Under the pieces are notes generated by a model, which searched no databases, had not been told where the DNA came from, and saw only the letters and a program-made list of their open reading frames with translations. The position numbers and the translations under genes were made by a program. From NCBI GenBank assembly GCA_963740085.1, contig CAVUCU010000001.1, positions 1,556,636-1,620,635 of the forward strand: a stretch of DNA of 64,000 nucleotides, read 5' to 3'. Of the stretch, positions 42,644 through 53,527 are shown one piece after another (positions within the stretch are counted from its first letter, which is position 1; each line of letters opens with the position of its first letter). The DNA is from Nitrospirota bacterium (lineage in GTDB: Bacteria > Nitrospirota > UBA9217).

Positions 42644-42765
42644 GTGCTCAATGGAGACAGCGAATAATTATAGAAAAACGCGGTTCATGACCGCAAGGGG
42701 TTCAACGGTAGACCTCATTCACGTGTGTTGGCGGCGTTTTTCCGGTAATGGCTATAATAGATTGA

Positions 42766-44037
42766 TCAATCCGCCTGCCGCCTGAGGAAGGTGGGTTTGT
42801 CCAGGTCCTCACCGTCAATGCCGAACGATTCATTCCTGAAATCAAATGCCTCCTGTTTTCGCTTCGGCTTTTCCAGAGACGCCCTGAACTCCTTGAAGTT
42901 CGCCACCGGCTTTTTGATGCGGTCGCGCACGCCCTCCTCGTCGAATCCCGTCGCGATCACCGTCACCATGATCTCCTCGCTCATGACGGGGTTGATCACG
43001 GCGCCGAAGATGATGTTCGCGCCCGGATCAACCTCTTCTTTGATGATCGCCGTCGCCTCGCTCAGCTCATTGATCCCGAGGTCATTGCCTGCGGTGATGT
43101 TGATGAGGACGCCGCGGGCGCCCTTGATGGAACCGTCTTCCAGCAGCGGACTCGCGATCGCCTGCTGTGCGGCATCCGCGGCCCGGGTCTCCCCGCGGCC
43201 GATTCCGGTGCCCATGACCGCCCTGCCGCGGCTCGACATCACGGTCCTGACGTCGGCAAAATCAACATTGACGTAGCCAGGCACCATCACCACATCGGAT
43301 ATTCCCTTGACCGCCTGGCAGAGTACGCTGTCGGCGAGCAGGAAGGAATCGAGCAGCGTGGTCCTTTTTTCGGCAAGGTTAAGCAGGCGTTCGTTCGGGA
43401 TCACGATGAGGGCATCGACGTTCTTTTTGAGCTCGGCGATCCCCTCGTCCGCTTTCTGCATCCGGGTCAGCCCCTCGAAGCTGAACGGCTTGGTCACCAC
43501 ACCGACCACCAGGGCGCCGACCTCGCGCGCGAGGCTTGCAAGCACCGGCGCGGCGCCCGTGCCCGTGCCGCCACCCATGCCGGCGGTGATGAAGACCATG
43601 TCGGCCCCGGAGAGCGTGGCCTTGATCTTGTCCGCGTCCTCAAGAGCGGCGGTCCGTCCGATCTCGGGATTTGCGCCCGCCCCGCGTCCGCTCGTGATCT
43701 TGGACCCGATCTGAAGTTTGATCGGGACGCGGGCAAGCTCCAGCGCCTGCATGTCGGTATTGACCACCATGAAGCTGACCCCCTTGATATCCGATTGGAC
43801 CATGCTGCCCACGGCATTGCTTCCTCCTCCGCCCACGCCGATCACTTTTATGACGGCGGGCAGTCTTTCATCCTCAAACTGGAACATCTCGTGTGCCCTC
43901 CCCTCTTCGAGCGGTTTTTCCGCCGCAGCTTCGCACGGTACCTCACTGTGTTCGTTTGCCACAAATTCCATGATATCCTGAAATCTGAAATCGAGATTAT
44001 TTTCCATGTTATTATTCTCCTTGATTCTTCTCGCCAT
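42766..44037 (-). CDS. ftsZ: Cell division protein FtsZ (start ambiguous: 44037, 44007 or 43887)
   Basis: IKVIGVGGGGSNAV, GMGGGTGTG, VNVDFADV, C-terminal DKPTFLRRQAD. Confidence 0.97.
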   Translation of the reverse strand: MARRIKENNNMENNLDFRFQDIMEFVANEHSEVPCEAAAEKPLEEGRAHEMFQFEDERLPAVIKVIGVGGGGSNAVGSMVQSDIKGVSFMVVNTDMQALELARVPIKLQIGSKITSGRGAGANPEIGRTAALEDADKIKATLSGADMVFITAGMGGGTGTGAAPVLASLAREVGALVVGVVTKPFSFEGLTRMQKADEGIAELKKNVDALIVIPNERLLNLAEKRTTLLDSFLLADSVLCQAVKGISDVVMVPGYVNVDFADVRTVMSSRGRAVMGTGIGRGETRAADAAQQAIASPLLEDGSIKGARGVLINITAGNDLGINELSEATAIIKEEVDPGANIIFGAVINPVMSEEIMVTVIATGFDEEGVRDRIKKPVANFKEFRASLEKPKRKQEAFDFRNESFGIDGEDLDKPTFLRRQAD

Positions 44038-44066
44038 GTCCTGGCCCCCCTTACTGTTGCCCTGAG

Positions 44067-45287
44067 TTAGACGAATCCTTCCACCCACTTCCAGAGGCGC
44101 TTCAGGCTCCCGCTGCTGCTGAATTTGCGCGGTGCCGCCTGCGCATTCTCTGCGCCATAAAGCACAAGACCCACTCCCGTGGCGTATATAGGGCTGTTCA
44201 CCACATCCATGAGGCCGCCGATGTTCCTCGGGGTGCCGCGACGGATCGGCAGGCCGAGATAGCGCTCTGCGGCATCCTGCACTCCTTCCATCAGGGCAGT
44301 GCCGCCGGTGAGCACGACGCCGGAGGCGAACATGTCCTCGAACCCGGTCTTCTTGAGCCGCTGCTGAATCATGCCGAACAGCTCTTCGACGCGGGGCTCG
44401 ATGATCTCACACAGGATCTGGCGCGACAGGAGCCGGGGAGGCCGCCCGCCCACACTGGGAACATCGAGGCTTTCCTCGTGCCTGACGAGGGATGACAGGG
44501 CGCACCCGTACTTGATCTTGATCTTTTCCGCCTCCGAGGCCGGGGTGCGCAGGCCGATGGCGATGTCGTTCGTCAGATGATTTCCGCCGATGGGAAGCAC
44601 TTCAGTGTGCCACAGGCTTCCTTCGAGGAAGAAGGCAAGGTCCGTTGTCCCGCCGCCGATGTCCACGACGACCACGCCGAGTTCCTGCTCCTCGGAGGTG
44701 AGCACCGCCCTGCTCGAGGCGAGCGGCTGCAGCACAAGGTCGTTCACATGCAGCCCCGCGCGCGAGCAACTCTTCACAATGTTCTGAATGGCGGTCACCG
44801 CGCCGGTGATGATGTGCACCTTGACATCCAGCCGCGTTCCCGACATTCCGTGCGGGTCTTTGATCCCGTCCTGGTCGTCTATGATGAATTCCTGCGGTAA
44901 AACATGGAGGATCTGCTGGTCCATGGGAATGTTCACGGCCCGGGCGCCGTCGATGGCCCGCGCCACGTCCGCCGGTCCGACCTCACGGTTCTTGATCGCC
45001 GCCACGCCGCGTGAGTTCATTCCCTTGATGTGGTTGCCGGAGATACCCACGTACGCCGCGTTGATCTCCACACCGGCCATGAGCTCGGCCTCGTGCACGG
45101 ATTTCTTGATGGACTCCACCGTGCTGTCAATGTTGACGACCACGCCTTTTTTCAGTCCGTGCGAAGGACTGATGCCGATCCCGATAATATCCACCTCTCC
45201 GTCGTCCTTGACCTCCCCGACGATGGCGCAGACCTTGGTCGTTCCAAGGTCCAGGCCAACAAGCACATTATTCGTTTTTTTTGCCAC
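44067..45287 (-). CDS. ftsA: Cell division protein FtsA
   Basis: GLDLGTTKV, VDIGGGTT, VLTGGTA, YATGVGL. Confidence 0.97.
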   Translation of the reverse strand: MAKKTNNVLVGLDLGTTKVCAIVGEVKDDGEVDIIGIGISPSHGLKKGVVVNIDSTVESIKKSVHEAELMAGVEINAAYVGISGNHIKGMNSRGVAAIKNREVGPADVARAIDGARAVNIPMDQQILHVLPQEFIIDDQDGIKDPHGMSGTRLDVKVHIITGAVTAIQNIVKSCSRAGLHVNDLVLQPLASSRAVLTSEEQELGVVVVDIGGGTTDLAFFLEGSLWHTEVLPIGGNHLTNDIAIGLRTPASEAEKIKIKYGCALSSLVRHEESLDVPSVGGRPPRLLSRQILCEIIEPRVEELFGMIQQRLKKTGFEDMFASGVVLTGGTALMEGVQDAAERYLGLPIRRGTPRNIGGLMDVVNSPIYATGVGLVLYGAENAQAAPRKFSSSGSLKRLWKWVEGFV

Positions 45288-45302
45288 TGCGTCCTCCTTG
45301 GA

Positions 45303-45435
45303 AGGGTTCAGGGTTCAGTCCTCAGGGTACAGGAAATTCACCAGCTCTTTTCCGGACCCTGTTCCCTGTCCCCTGAAACGTGAACAGTGCCCTCTCTTTA
45401 TTTTCTTTTAACCCTGGCCCCTGTCCCCTGGACCC
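45303..45435. repeat. Hairpin insert with 7-nt periodic arms (GGGTTCA family) plus an extra arm inside the ftsQ 3' end
   Basis: GGGTTCA GGGTTCA GTCCTCA GGGTACA ... GGACCC TGTTCCC TGTCCCC TGAAACG TGAAC; TAACCC TGGCCCC TGTCCCC TGGACCC at 45409-45435. Confidence 0.8.
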
Positions 45436-46288
45436 GCTCTTGTTTCACCATTACCGCAGCCTGCCGCTCGGGACGAAGGTCCACGTAGGCGATCTCCAGG
45501 CCGCGCCGTGTTCCGTCAGACAGGATCTCGGAAAGCCTGCGGAGCTTTTCCGGATAATTGCCCGTGCCGATCTTGAACTCATGGTCGGCATACAAAACGC
45601 TGAGCGTCTCGGGGGATCCTGCCTTGATCGTCACCTCATTCATCCTCCATCCGCCCCGTTCGGCGATCTCGGCGACGAGCGTCAGCGCTTCGGCCATGCC
45701 TTCGTACGTAACCTGCTCGCCAAGCCGTACGCGGGACTCCTTGACAGCCACAACCGGGAGCTGCCATTCTGATGCGTTTTCTTTCGCGATCCTGTTAAGA
45801 ACGACACCTTCGTTGTCCATCACATACATGCCGGCACCGGCATCCAGCAGCGCAAAGGGGACCCGCTCGGTGACGACCATGCTGATCCGGTTCGGCAGAC
45901 GGCGGTATATCCTGACATCCTTCACCCAGGGGTTCGCGCGCGCGCGTCTGACCGGGGCCTCAAGGTCTACTCTGAAAATGTTCTGGCCGGTGAATATGCC
46001 GGCGATCTCTTTGAGATCAGCCTGGCTCACCTGCTTCGCACCCTTGACATCAACGCCCGCGATCTGGAACATCTCGGCGTGCAGGAGCGTCTGGTACCCT
46101 TTCCAGGCCAGCAGTCCACCTGCGGCGATCAGAATGACCGTGATGATCTGCAGTGCAACATGTTTGATCCCATTTCCGCCTGCCCGTGACCGTCCGATCG
46201 GGCGTCCCGCGACGGCCCGTTTCATGGTCGGACGGTTCGAACTACCGCGGTACGATCTCGGGACCTTGACGTTTTTATAGTCTCTCAT
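45398..46288 (-). CDS. ftsQ: Cell division protein FtsQ/DivIB
   Basis: Single TM, POTRA (PWVKDVRIYRRLPN, VTERVP), YVDLR; dcw position. Confidence 0.92.
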   Translation of the reverse strand: MRDYKNVKVPRSYRGSSNRPTMKRAVAGRPIGRSRAGGNGIKHVALQIITVILIAAGGLLAWKGYQTLLHAEMFQIAGVDVKGAKQVSQADLKEIAGIFTGQNIFRVDLEAPVRRARANPWVKDVRIYRRLPNRISMVVTERVPFALLDAGAGMYVMDNEGVVLNRIAKENASEWQLPVVAVKESRVRLGEQVTYEGMAEALTLVAEIAERGGWRMNEVTIKAGSPETLSVLYADHEFKIGTGNYPEKLRRLSEILSDGTRRGLEIAYVDLRPERQAAVMVKQERVQGTGARVKRK

Positions 46289-46377
46289 CGATCACTGGCA
46301 GTGAAAGACAAAATTGAGATCAAGGACTGCGCAACAACGGTTATTCGCACGGCTATTCTCCATTCACTCTTTTCACG

Positions 46378-47304
46378 TCACCGTTTCTCCAGTGCCAATC
46401 GCAGAATTTCCTCCACCAGATCAGGGAACGACATGCCGATACCGCGCGCGATATCGGGCAAAAGGCTCGTAGCCGTCATACCCGGCAGGGTGTTCACTTC
46501 AAGGATATACGGGGTGCCGGCGGCATCGATAATAAAATCGACCCTGCTGTATCCCCTGCAGTCCAGGGCGCGATGCGCGGCCAACCCCGCATCGAGCGTC
46601 CGTTTGTACACCGCCTCAGGGACCCGTGCGGGGAAAAAATGTTCCGACATCCCCTGTTCGTATTTTGCCTTATAGCTGTAGAAAACATCCTTCGGCACGA
46701 TCTCGATGGCGCCCAACGCGCGGTCGCCCAGGATGCCGACCTGGACTTCCATCCCGCGGAGGTAATGTTCGATCAGGACCTCACGATCATAGGAAAGGGC
46801 TTGTTTCACCGCAGGGGCAAGCTCATCACCCGTACCGACCAGGCTCACTCCGACACTGGATCCCTCGGAGCTCGGCTTGACGACCAGGGGAAAACCGATC
46901 TTCGCCTGCGCGGTCGCGAGCGATTCCTTGTCGCCGCCGGTCACGACCATGAAGGGCCCCACGTGAAGACCGTAGGCCTTGAACACGGTCTTGGAGATGA
47001 TCTTGTTCATGCCCATGGCGCTCGCGAGGATGCCCGAGCCCGTATAGGGAACACCCATGACCTCGAGCAGTCCCTGAATCGCCCCGTCCTCGCCGAACTT
47101 GCCGTGGAGGCCGTTGAAAGCGACCTCGATGCCCGCCTGCCGTATGCGCTCGGCGACATCCCGGCCGACATCAATTGCCGCGGCGGTGTATCCTTTTCCC
47201 CTGAGCGCCTCCAGGATCGCGTTCCCGCTTGCAAGAGAAACCTCCCGCTCCGACGACAGCCCGCCCATGAGAACACCGATCTTTTTCTTCGTCACCATGC
47301 CCAT
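46378..47304 (-). CDS. ddl: D-alanine--D-alanine ligase
   Basis: GGLSSEREVSL, LHGKFGEDG, EGSSVG, LEVNTLPGMT. Confidence 0.97.
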   Translation of the reverse strand: MGMVTKKKIGVLMGGLSSEREVSLASGNAILEALRGKGYTAAAIDVGRDVAERIRQAGIEVAFNGLHGKFGEDGAIQGLLEVMGVPYTGSGILASAMGMNKIISKTVFKAYGLHVGPFMVVTGGDKESLATAQAKIGFPLVVKPSSEGSSVGVSLVGTGDELAPAVKQALSYDREVLIEHYLRGMEVQVGILGDRALGAIEIVPKDVFYSYKAKYEQGMSEHFFPARVPEAVYKRTLDAGLAAHRALDCRGYSRVDFIIDAAGTPYILEVNTLPGMTATSLLPDIARGIGMSFPDLVEEILRLALEKR

Positions 47305-47318
47305 GCTCGTTTCACTCG

Positions 47319-47430
47319 CAGTCTTTTGAGTTTGTAGAGTCTGAAGAGTTTGTAGAGTTCTTAGAGTTGTTAAGGTCTCACTCTATAGACTCCATGGACT
47401 CGATGAACTCTATGACTCTTTAGTCGACTC
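47319..47430. repeat. Hairpin insert with 9-nt periodic arms (GAGTT family)
   Basis: GAGTTTGTA GAGTCTGAA GAGTTTGTA GAGTTCTTA GAGTTGTTA ... TATAGACTC CATGGACTC GATGAACTC TATGACTC. Confidence 0.9.
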
Positions 47431-47431
47431 T

Positions 47432-48340
47432 TTAATCTTCTCCTATTATCTTTATCTCCGGCTCAAGCCGGACACCGGAGCCCTCAAGAACTTTCTCTTT
47501 GACGAGCTCCATGAGCTCCAGCACGTCCGCTGCCTTTGCCTCACCCGTGTTCACAATAACGTTGGCGTGTTTTTCCGAAACCTGCGCGCCACCGATCGCT
47601 CTGCCCTTGAGCCCGGCCCTCTCTATCAGCAGGCCCGCAGACTCTTCCATCGGGTTCTTGAACACCGACCCCGCGTTCGGGAAGCCCCAGGGCTGGCGCT
47701 GTTTTCTCGTGTTGAACAGTTCTTTGATCCGTGCCTTGATCTTTTCTTTATCATCGCGCCGCAGGACCACCCTCACCTCCAGTACCAGGTGCCCTTCCGG
47801 GACCGAGGCCGTCCGGTAGCCGAATTCCATTTCTTCCGCGCTCCTGGTGATCAGCTCGCCGTCGGGCGAGATCAGGGTAACGGATTCAATGATATCCCCC
47901 ATCTCGCCAAGGGACGTGCCCGCGTTCATACAGACCGCACCGCCGACCGTTCCCGGGATGCCGGCAGCGAACTCGAGGCCGGTGAGCCCGTGTTCGACGG
48001 CAAAGGAAAGGAGGGTTGCCAGGGAAGTGCCGGCTTCAGCGTAAATCACGACAAAGGCGCCGCCGATCGAGCGGTATTCCCGGTCGATCTTGATCTTATG
48101 CAGGCGCTGCAGGGCGATCATCACGCCCCGAAACCCGCCGTCGCGAACAAGCAGGTTGGTGCCCCCGCCAAGGACAAAGTAGCGCAGCTTCCGGGCCTTG
48201 ATCGCCTGCAGAAGGAGAAGGAGATCCTCCCGGTCAGCGGGATAGGCAAGGATATCCGCCGGACCGCCGATGGCGTACGAGGTGTGCCTGCTCAGCGGTT
48301 CGTTCCTTTTTATTTCGCCTTTAAAGTTTGTTATTTCCAT
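47432..48340 (-). CDS. murB: UDP-N-acetylmuramate dehydrogenase
   Basis: [41 protein letters not shown]. Confidence 0.96.
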   Translation of the reverse strand: MEITNFKGEIKRNEPLSRHTSYAIGGPADILAYPADREDLLLLLQAIKARKLRYFVLGGGTNLLVRDGGFRGVMIALQRLHKIKIDREYRSIGGAFVVIYAEAGTSLATLLSFAVEHGLTGLEFAAGIPGTVGGAVCMNAGTSLGEMGDIIESVTLISPDGELITRSAEEMEFGYRTASVPEGHLVLEVRVVLRRDDKEKIKARIKELFNTRKQRQPWGFPNAGSVFKNPMEESAGLLIERAGLKGRAIGGAQVSEKHANVIVNTGEAKAADVLELMELVKEKVLEGSGVRLEPEIKIIGED

Positions 48341-49706
48341 GTTTCAATCTTTCCACGACCTGCTCCCCAAGCTTCCACACATCGCCGGCGCCGAGCGTGA
48401 TCATGAGATCACCCTTTTTGAGGACCGATACCATATGCTCGACGATCTTCTCCCGGTCCGAAATGAAGGTCACGTCCTTATGCCCGTGTTTCTTGATCCC
48501 TTCGTACAGTGCCTGGCCCGATACGCCGGGGATCGGTTTTTCACCTGCTGCGTAGATGTCCATGACCACCAGGACGTCCGCCTGGTTGAACGCGGTAAAG
48601 AATTCCTCGAGCAGATGCTGCGTTCTCGTATAGCGGTGAGGCTGGAACACGACCACCACCCGCCTCTCCATGCCCGCTGCTGCCGCGGCAAGCGTGGCTT
48701 TTACCTCGGTGGGATGGTGGCCGTAATCATCAACGATCCATATCCCGCCGACCTCGCCCTTGATCTGGAACCGCCGCTGCACGCCGCTGAAGTTCTTGAG
48801 CGCTTTTCTGATGACCTCGAGATCGACGTCCAGTTCCCGCGCCACGGCAATGGCCGCGAGACTGTTGTTGATATTGTGCACACCGGGCACCGAGAGTTCG
48901 AACCATCCAAGGTCCCGGGCGTGGTGCAGAACCTTGAACGCCGAGCCGAGCGGCTTGAGTGAGACGTCACGCGCCTGGTAATCCGCCTGCGAGCTCATAC
49001 CGTAGGTCTGGTACCGTTTCTGCACGAACGGGATAAGGGCCTGGATATGCGGCTGGTCCAGGCATAAGATGGACACGCCGTAGAACGGGACCTTGTTGAT
49101 GAAGGCAAGAAATGCCTCCTTGATCTCATGGATATCCTTATAGTAATCAAGATGCTCTTCATCGATGGTCGTGACCACGCCAATGGTGGGGGAAAGTTTC
49201 AGGAAGCTCCCGTCGCTCTCGTCCGCCTCGGCCACGAGGAACTCGCCCTGGCCGAGTTTTGCGTTCGTGCCGAGGCTGTTCAGTTTGCCGCCGATCACGA
49301 CCGTGGGGTCGATCCCGCCTGCAGCAAGCACCGTGGCGACCATGGACGTTGTCGTGGTCTTCCCGTGTGCGCCCGCGATGGCAATACCGTATTTGAGCCG
49401 CATGAGTTCGGCGAGCATCTCCGCCCGGGGAATGACCGGGATCTGCTTTTCCCGCGCGGTGATCACCTCGACGTTGTCGTTCTTTACCGCCGACGAGATC
49501 ACCACCACGTGCGGCGACGTGATGTTCCCGGCGCGGTGGCCGATGAAGATCTCGCCGCCCAGTTTTTTAAGCCGCTCCGTCGTGTCCGACTCCTTGACGT
49601 CGGAGCCGGTGACCTTGTACCCGAGGTTCAGGAGCACCTCGGCAATGCCGCTCATGCCGATGCCGCCGATACCCACAAAATGGATGTGTTTAATTTTTTT
49701 GAACAT
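48321..49706 (-). CDS. murC: UDP-N-acetylmuramate--L-alanine ligase
   Basis: [36 protein letters not shown]. Confidence 0.98.
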   Translation of the reverse strand: MFKKIKHIHFVGIGGIGMSGIAEVLLNLGYKVTGSDVKESDTTERLKKLGGEIFIGHRAGNITSPHVVVISSAVKNDNVEVITAREKQIPVIPRAEMLAELMRLKYGIAIAGAHGKTTTTSMVATVLAAGGIDPTVVIGGKLNSLGTNAKLGQGEFLVAEADESDGSFLKLSPTIGVVTTIDEEHLDYYKDIHEIKEAFLAFINKVPFYGVSILCLDQPHIQALIPFVQKRYQTYGMSSQADYQARDVSLKPLGSAFKVLHHARDLGWFELSVPGVHNINNSLAAIAVARELDVDLEVIRKALKNFSGVQRRFQIKGEVGGIWIVDDYGHHPTEVKATLAAAAAGMERRVVVVFQPHRYTRTQHLLEEFFTAFNQADVLVVMDIYAAGEKPIPGVSGQALYEGIKKHGHKDVTFISDREKIVEHMVSVLKKGDLMITLGAGDVWKLGEQVVERLKHGNNKL

Positions 49707-50772
49707 AGTCTTTGCAGATCCTTACGATCTCCGCTGCAGCCGTATTCTCCATCGGGGCCGCGCCCGCTGAGCCGGCCCTTTGCGCACTGTATTTTTTGAT
49801 GATGCCGGCCAGTTTCTCCGGCGTCAGGTCCGCCTGTTTGATCACCTCGGCCGTGCCGCGCGCTGCCAGCGTCGTTGCATTGTACTCCTGGTGGTTGTCC
49901 GCGGCAAAGGGAAAAGGGACCAGCACCGCACGCCTCCCGCACACCGCAAGCTCGGCCACCGTGGTTGCACCGGACCGGCCGACCACCAGGTCGGAAGCGG
50001 CGTACGCTCCTGCCATGTCGTGTATATACGGGAGCACGACCGCGATCACACCCGCGTCACGATAACCTTCGGCGACCGTGACCACGTCCTTTTCGCCGGT
50101 CTGGTGGAGGACCTGGATCCCGCGGACGTCGTTCAGATACGGGGCGGCCCGTTTCATCGCCATGTTGATGGCGTGAGCGCCGCCGCTACCGCCCATCACA
50201 AAGACCGTGAACCTTCCCGGTTCAAGCCCGAAGCCGGCGAGCGCCCTGTCGCGGTCGCCCTGTTCGATCCCCTGCCTGACAAGAGGACCGAGATTCACTG
50301 TTTTTCCGGGAGAGAAGAACTTCTGCGCACCGGTCCCGGGAAAGCAGAGGATCACCTTGTCTGCAAGCTTCCCCAGGGCCCTGTTCGCAAGCCCGGCATA
50401 CGAATTCGGCTCCACAATCAATAAGGGAACCCGGAGACTCAATGCCGCAAGGCCCATCGGGCCTGAGGAATATCCACCCACACCGATCACCACATCAGGC
50501 CTGACGTCACGAAGCACCAGCAAGGACTGGACCACGCTCTTCGGCAGCAGGGCCATCGTCTTGATGATAGAAAGGAGCTTCATGCCCTTGAGCTTTCCGA
50601 CCGCGATATAGCGGACCGGTAATCCTTCTTTCGGGAGCACCCTGGCCTCGATTCCCTGCCCGGTACCGACGAACAGGACCTCGTTTCCGCTCTCCTTCAG
50701 CAGCTCGCGTGCGATGGCGATCCCCGGATACAGATGGCCTCCGGTCCCCCCGCCTGCGATAATGACCTTCAT
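49690..50772 (-). CDS. murG: Undecaprenyl-PP-MurNAc-pentapeptide GlcNAc transferase
   Basis: [36 protein letters not shown]. Confidence 0.97.
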   Translation of the reverse strand: MKVIIAGGGTGGHLYPGIAIARELLKESGNEVLFVGTGQGIEARVLPKEGLPVRYIAVGKLKGMKLLSIIKTMALLPKSVVQSLLVLRDVRPDVVIGVGGYSSGPMGLAALSLRVPLLIVEPNSYAGLANRALGKLADKVILCFPGTGAQKFFSPGKTVNLGPLVRQGIEQGDRDRALAGFGLEPGRFTVFVMGGSGGAHAINMAMKRAAPYLNDVRGIQVLHQTGEKDVVTVAEGYRDAGVIAVVLPYIHDMAGAYAASDLVVGRSGATTVAELAVCGRRAVLVPFPFAADNHQEYNATTLAARGTAEVIKQADLTPEKLAGIIKKYSAQRAGSAGAAPMENTAAAEIVRICKDYVQKN

Positions 50773-50793
50773 ACTAATGCCCGCGCAAAAACC

Positions 50794-50888
50794 TTTTCAC
50801 CGCAGAGGACGCAAAGACAGCGGAGAAAAGAAACGGAAAAAATCTGTTGAATTTGGTCTTGCATCCCTCTGCGACCTCTGCGGTAAAA
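50794..50888. repeat. Hairpin insert with 9-nt periodic arms (CGCAGAG family)
   Basis: TTTTCAC CGCAGAGGA CGCAAAGAC AGCGGAG ... CCTCTGCGA CCTCTGCGG TAAAA. Confidence 0.85.
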
Positions 50889-50901
50889 GCCGTTGTCTTA
50901 T

Positions 50902-52027
50902 TCAACTCGATTCTTTCGAAATATTCAACAGTACCCCGAGCGCCATCATGGTGATCACCAGCGATGAGCCGCCGTAGCTCACAAGCGGAAGCGCAATGCC
51001 CTTTGTAGGCAGCAGCCCGGTCACGACAAACATGTTGATCATCCCCTGAAAGCAGATCAGGAGCGTGATGCCAAGAGAGAGCAGACGACTGAACGGATCT
51101 CCCAGGGCGAGGGCGATCCGCACCCCGCGCCATAATATGATAAGAAAGAGCGCGATCACGACGAGCGCCCCGATCAGGCCGAGCTCTTCCCCGATCACCG
51201 CGTAGATGAAATCAGAATGCCGCTCCGGCAGGAAGAGAAGCTTCTGCCTGCCTTCGCCCAGACCGCGGCCGAACACACCGCCGCTGCCGAAGGCAAGGAA
51301 CGACTGGATGATCTGGTGGCCAGCCCCCTGCGGGTCGGCCCAGGGGTCGAGGAAAGAGAAGACCCTTCGGGCACGATACGCGCTGTGCGCCACGGCGAGA
51401 TAGACGAAAGGGAGCGCCGCAAGAACAGTGCCGCCCAGCTGAAGAAGGTTCGCCCCGCCGGCGAAGAGCATGATGCCTGCCAGGCCCGCGATCGTCATGG
51501 CGGCGCCGAAATCCGGCTGGCGGAGCGCCAGGATCAGGAACACGCCGGTTATTAAATAGACCGGGACCAGTCCGTTCCTGAAATCGCGAAGCATTGACCC
51601 CTTTTTTTCGATGTAGTAGCTCATGTACACAACAACCGCGAACTTGGCGAGCTCCGACGGCTGGAACGAAATAAAGCCGAGACGCAGCCACCTCCGGGAA
51701 CCATTGACCATTCTTCCCACGCCGGGAACGAGCGTAGACGCGAGCAGCAGCAGGGAAACGATCAGCAGGAGGAGCACGACCCGCCGGTCCTGGAGCACGT
51801 GGTGGTCCATTCGCATCGCTCCGGCCATCAGCACAAGGCCGATGACGGCCCACAGGATCTGACGCTTCATGAAATACGCCGGATCGTCGTAGGTCGTCAG
51901 CGCCACAACGCTGCTTGAGCTGTATACCATTATGACGCTGCCCACCAGGAGCGCCAGTATGGCTGCGAGCAGCGGCGTGTCGTAATGACCCTGATGGCGT
52001 TTTGAGTTTAGAGTTTATAAAGTTCAT
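50902..52027 (-). CDS. ftsW: Lipid II polymerase FtsW (apparent 1-nt indel at 52000-52003)
   Basis: NGSRRW, QPSELAK, QPDFG, LPERHSDFI, SYGGSS; frame extends upstream to RHQGHYD and reaches ATG 52027 only if one T of TTTT is removed. Confidence 0.93.
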
Positions 52028-52171
52028 AGAGTTTAAAGAGTTTTAGAGTTCATGGAGTTCATGGAGTTTATAGAGTTCATTGAGTTCAGGTTTTTACGAG
52101 TTGTCGATGTAATCGCTCGTTATGACTTTTCGAGGCCTTACTAAACTCTATAGACTCTATTGACTCTATGA
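52004..52171. repeat. Hairpin insert with 9-nt periodic arms (GAGTT family), the longest copy
   Basis: About ten GAGTT(T/C)AT(A/G)-like units at 52004-52088; right arm AAACTC TATAGACTC TATTGACTC TATGA. Confidence 0.9.
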
Positions 52172-53506
52172 TCACAGACTCATCACCGCTTCCTTGAACT
52201 GTCTCCCGCGGTCCTCGAAATCCTTGAACATATCGAAGCTCGCGCACGCAGGCGACAGCAGCACGACGTCCCCTTGTTCGGCGCGGACGGACGCGAACCG
52301 GACCGCCTCCTGCAGCGTCTGCGCGAACACCGTCTCCGTGGAGGTGCCAAGCGCCTTTGCCATCTTGTCCGCGGCCTTGCCGATCAGGACCAGGAGCTTG
52401 ACCTTGTGCTTGAACAGGTCGTGGAGCGGGCTGAAATCGCTTCCCTTGTCCAGGCCCCCGGCGATCAGGATCACGGGCCGGGAGATTCCCTCTATCGATT
52501 TGAGCACAGCGCCGACATTCGTGCCTTTCGAGTCATTAATATAGCTTACGCCGTCTTTCATACGCACAAATTCGAGCCGGTGTTCAAGACCGGGAAACGT
52601 CCTGAGCACTGATGTCACCGACCAGATGTCAGCCCCCGCAAGGAGGGACAGCGCCGTTGCGGCAAGGGCGTTTTCAAGATTATGAACGCCGCTGATCTTG
52701 AGCTTATCAACAGCAAGAATGCGCCGGCCGTTGAACATAAGATATCCGTCATGAACGCATGCCCCGGGATTGAATCGGAGCCGCCGCGAAAAAGGAATGA
52801 CCGTGGCCCTTGTTCGCCTGGTGCAGGACTTCACCAGGGGGTCATCGAAATTCAGAACCAGAAAATCGTCTTTTTGCTGGTTCATGAATATGCGCGCCTT
52901 GCTTTCCCCGTATTCCTCGATATCACGATAGCGGTCAAGATGGTCCTGGGTCACATTCAGGATAGTCGCGATCCGCGGCCTGAAGGTCTCGATGTCCTCA
53001 AGCTGGAAACTCGAAAGCTCGGCAACGATCCAGTCCTTTCCCGTGAGTTGCGAGACATCTTCGGTGAGCGCGTTCCCGATATTTCCCGCCACCAGAACGT
53101 TCTTCTTCGCTTTCGCGAGCATCAGCCCCACGAGCGTCGTGACCGTGGACTTGCCGTTCGTGCCGGTAATGCCGATGTACGGCGCATCAGAGAGCAGCCA
53201 TGCAAGTTCGAGCTCGCTGATCACCTTGACACCGTGCCTCCGTGCCTGCAGGACCGGGGTGATCCTGGGCACACCCGGACTGAGTACGATGAGGTCGGCC
53301 TCGACGAAGATCCGGTCGGGGTGGCCACCCGCAACAACAGTGATGCCGCTGCCGAGGGATGCTGCCTGCGCGGCAAGCTGGTCGATCGGCTTTTTGTCCG
53401 TCACCGTTACGAGCGCGCCGAGTGCATGGAGCGCCCGCGCAGCAGCCACCCCGCTCCGCGCCATACCGACCACCGTGACCTTTTTGCCTTTGAAGTCAGG
53501 CTTCAC
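52172..53506 (-). CDS. murD: UDP-MurNAc-L-Ala--D-glutamate ligase
   Basis: GMARSG, ITGTNGKSTVT, ELSSFQL, DHLDRY, NDSKGTN, LSPACASFD; GTG 53506 has a GGAGG RBS (track start 53524). Confidence 0.97.
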   Translation of the reverse strand: MKPDFKGKKVTVVGMARSGVAAARALHALGALVTVTDKKPIDQLAAQAASLGSGITVVAGGHPDRIFVEADLIVLSPGVPRITPVLQARRHGVKVISELELAWLLSDAPYIGITGTNGKSTVTTLVGLMLAKAKKNVLVAGNIGNALTEDVSQLTGKDWIVAELSSFQLEDIETFRPRIATILNVTQDHLDRYRDIEEYGESKARIFMNQQKDDFLVLNFDDPLVKSCTRRTRATVIPFSRRLRFNPGACVHDGYLMFNGRRILAVDKLKISGVHNLENALAATALSLLAGADIWSVTSVLRTFPGLEHRLEFVRMKDGVSYINDSKGTNVGAVLKSIEGISRPVILIAGGLDKGSDFSPLHDLFKHKVKLLVLIGKAADKMAKALGTSTETVFAQTLQEAVRFASVRAEQGDVVLLSPACASFDMFKDFEDRGRQFKEAVMSL

Positions 53507-53527
53507 GAGACCTCCAACATCCACCCC

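Noticed and set aside
46301-46376. Possible additional hairpin insert between ddl and ftsQ
   Set aside because: There is only a short GTGAAAG/CTTTTCAC inverted repeat and faint 7-nt periodicity, too degenerate to call.
52004-52171. Tandem repeats here and at 47319-47430 as a CRISPR array
   Set aside because: The units are 9 nt, contiguous and degenerate, with no unique spacers, and no cas genes are present.
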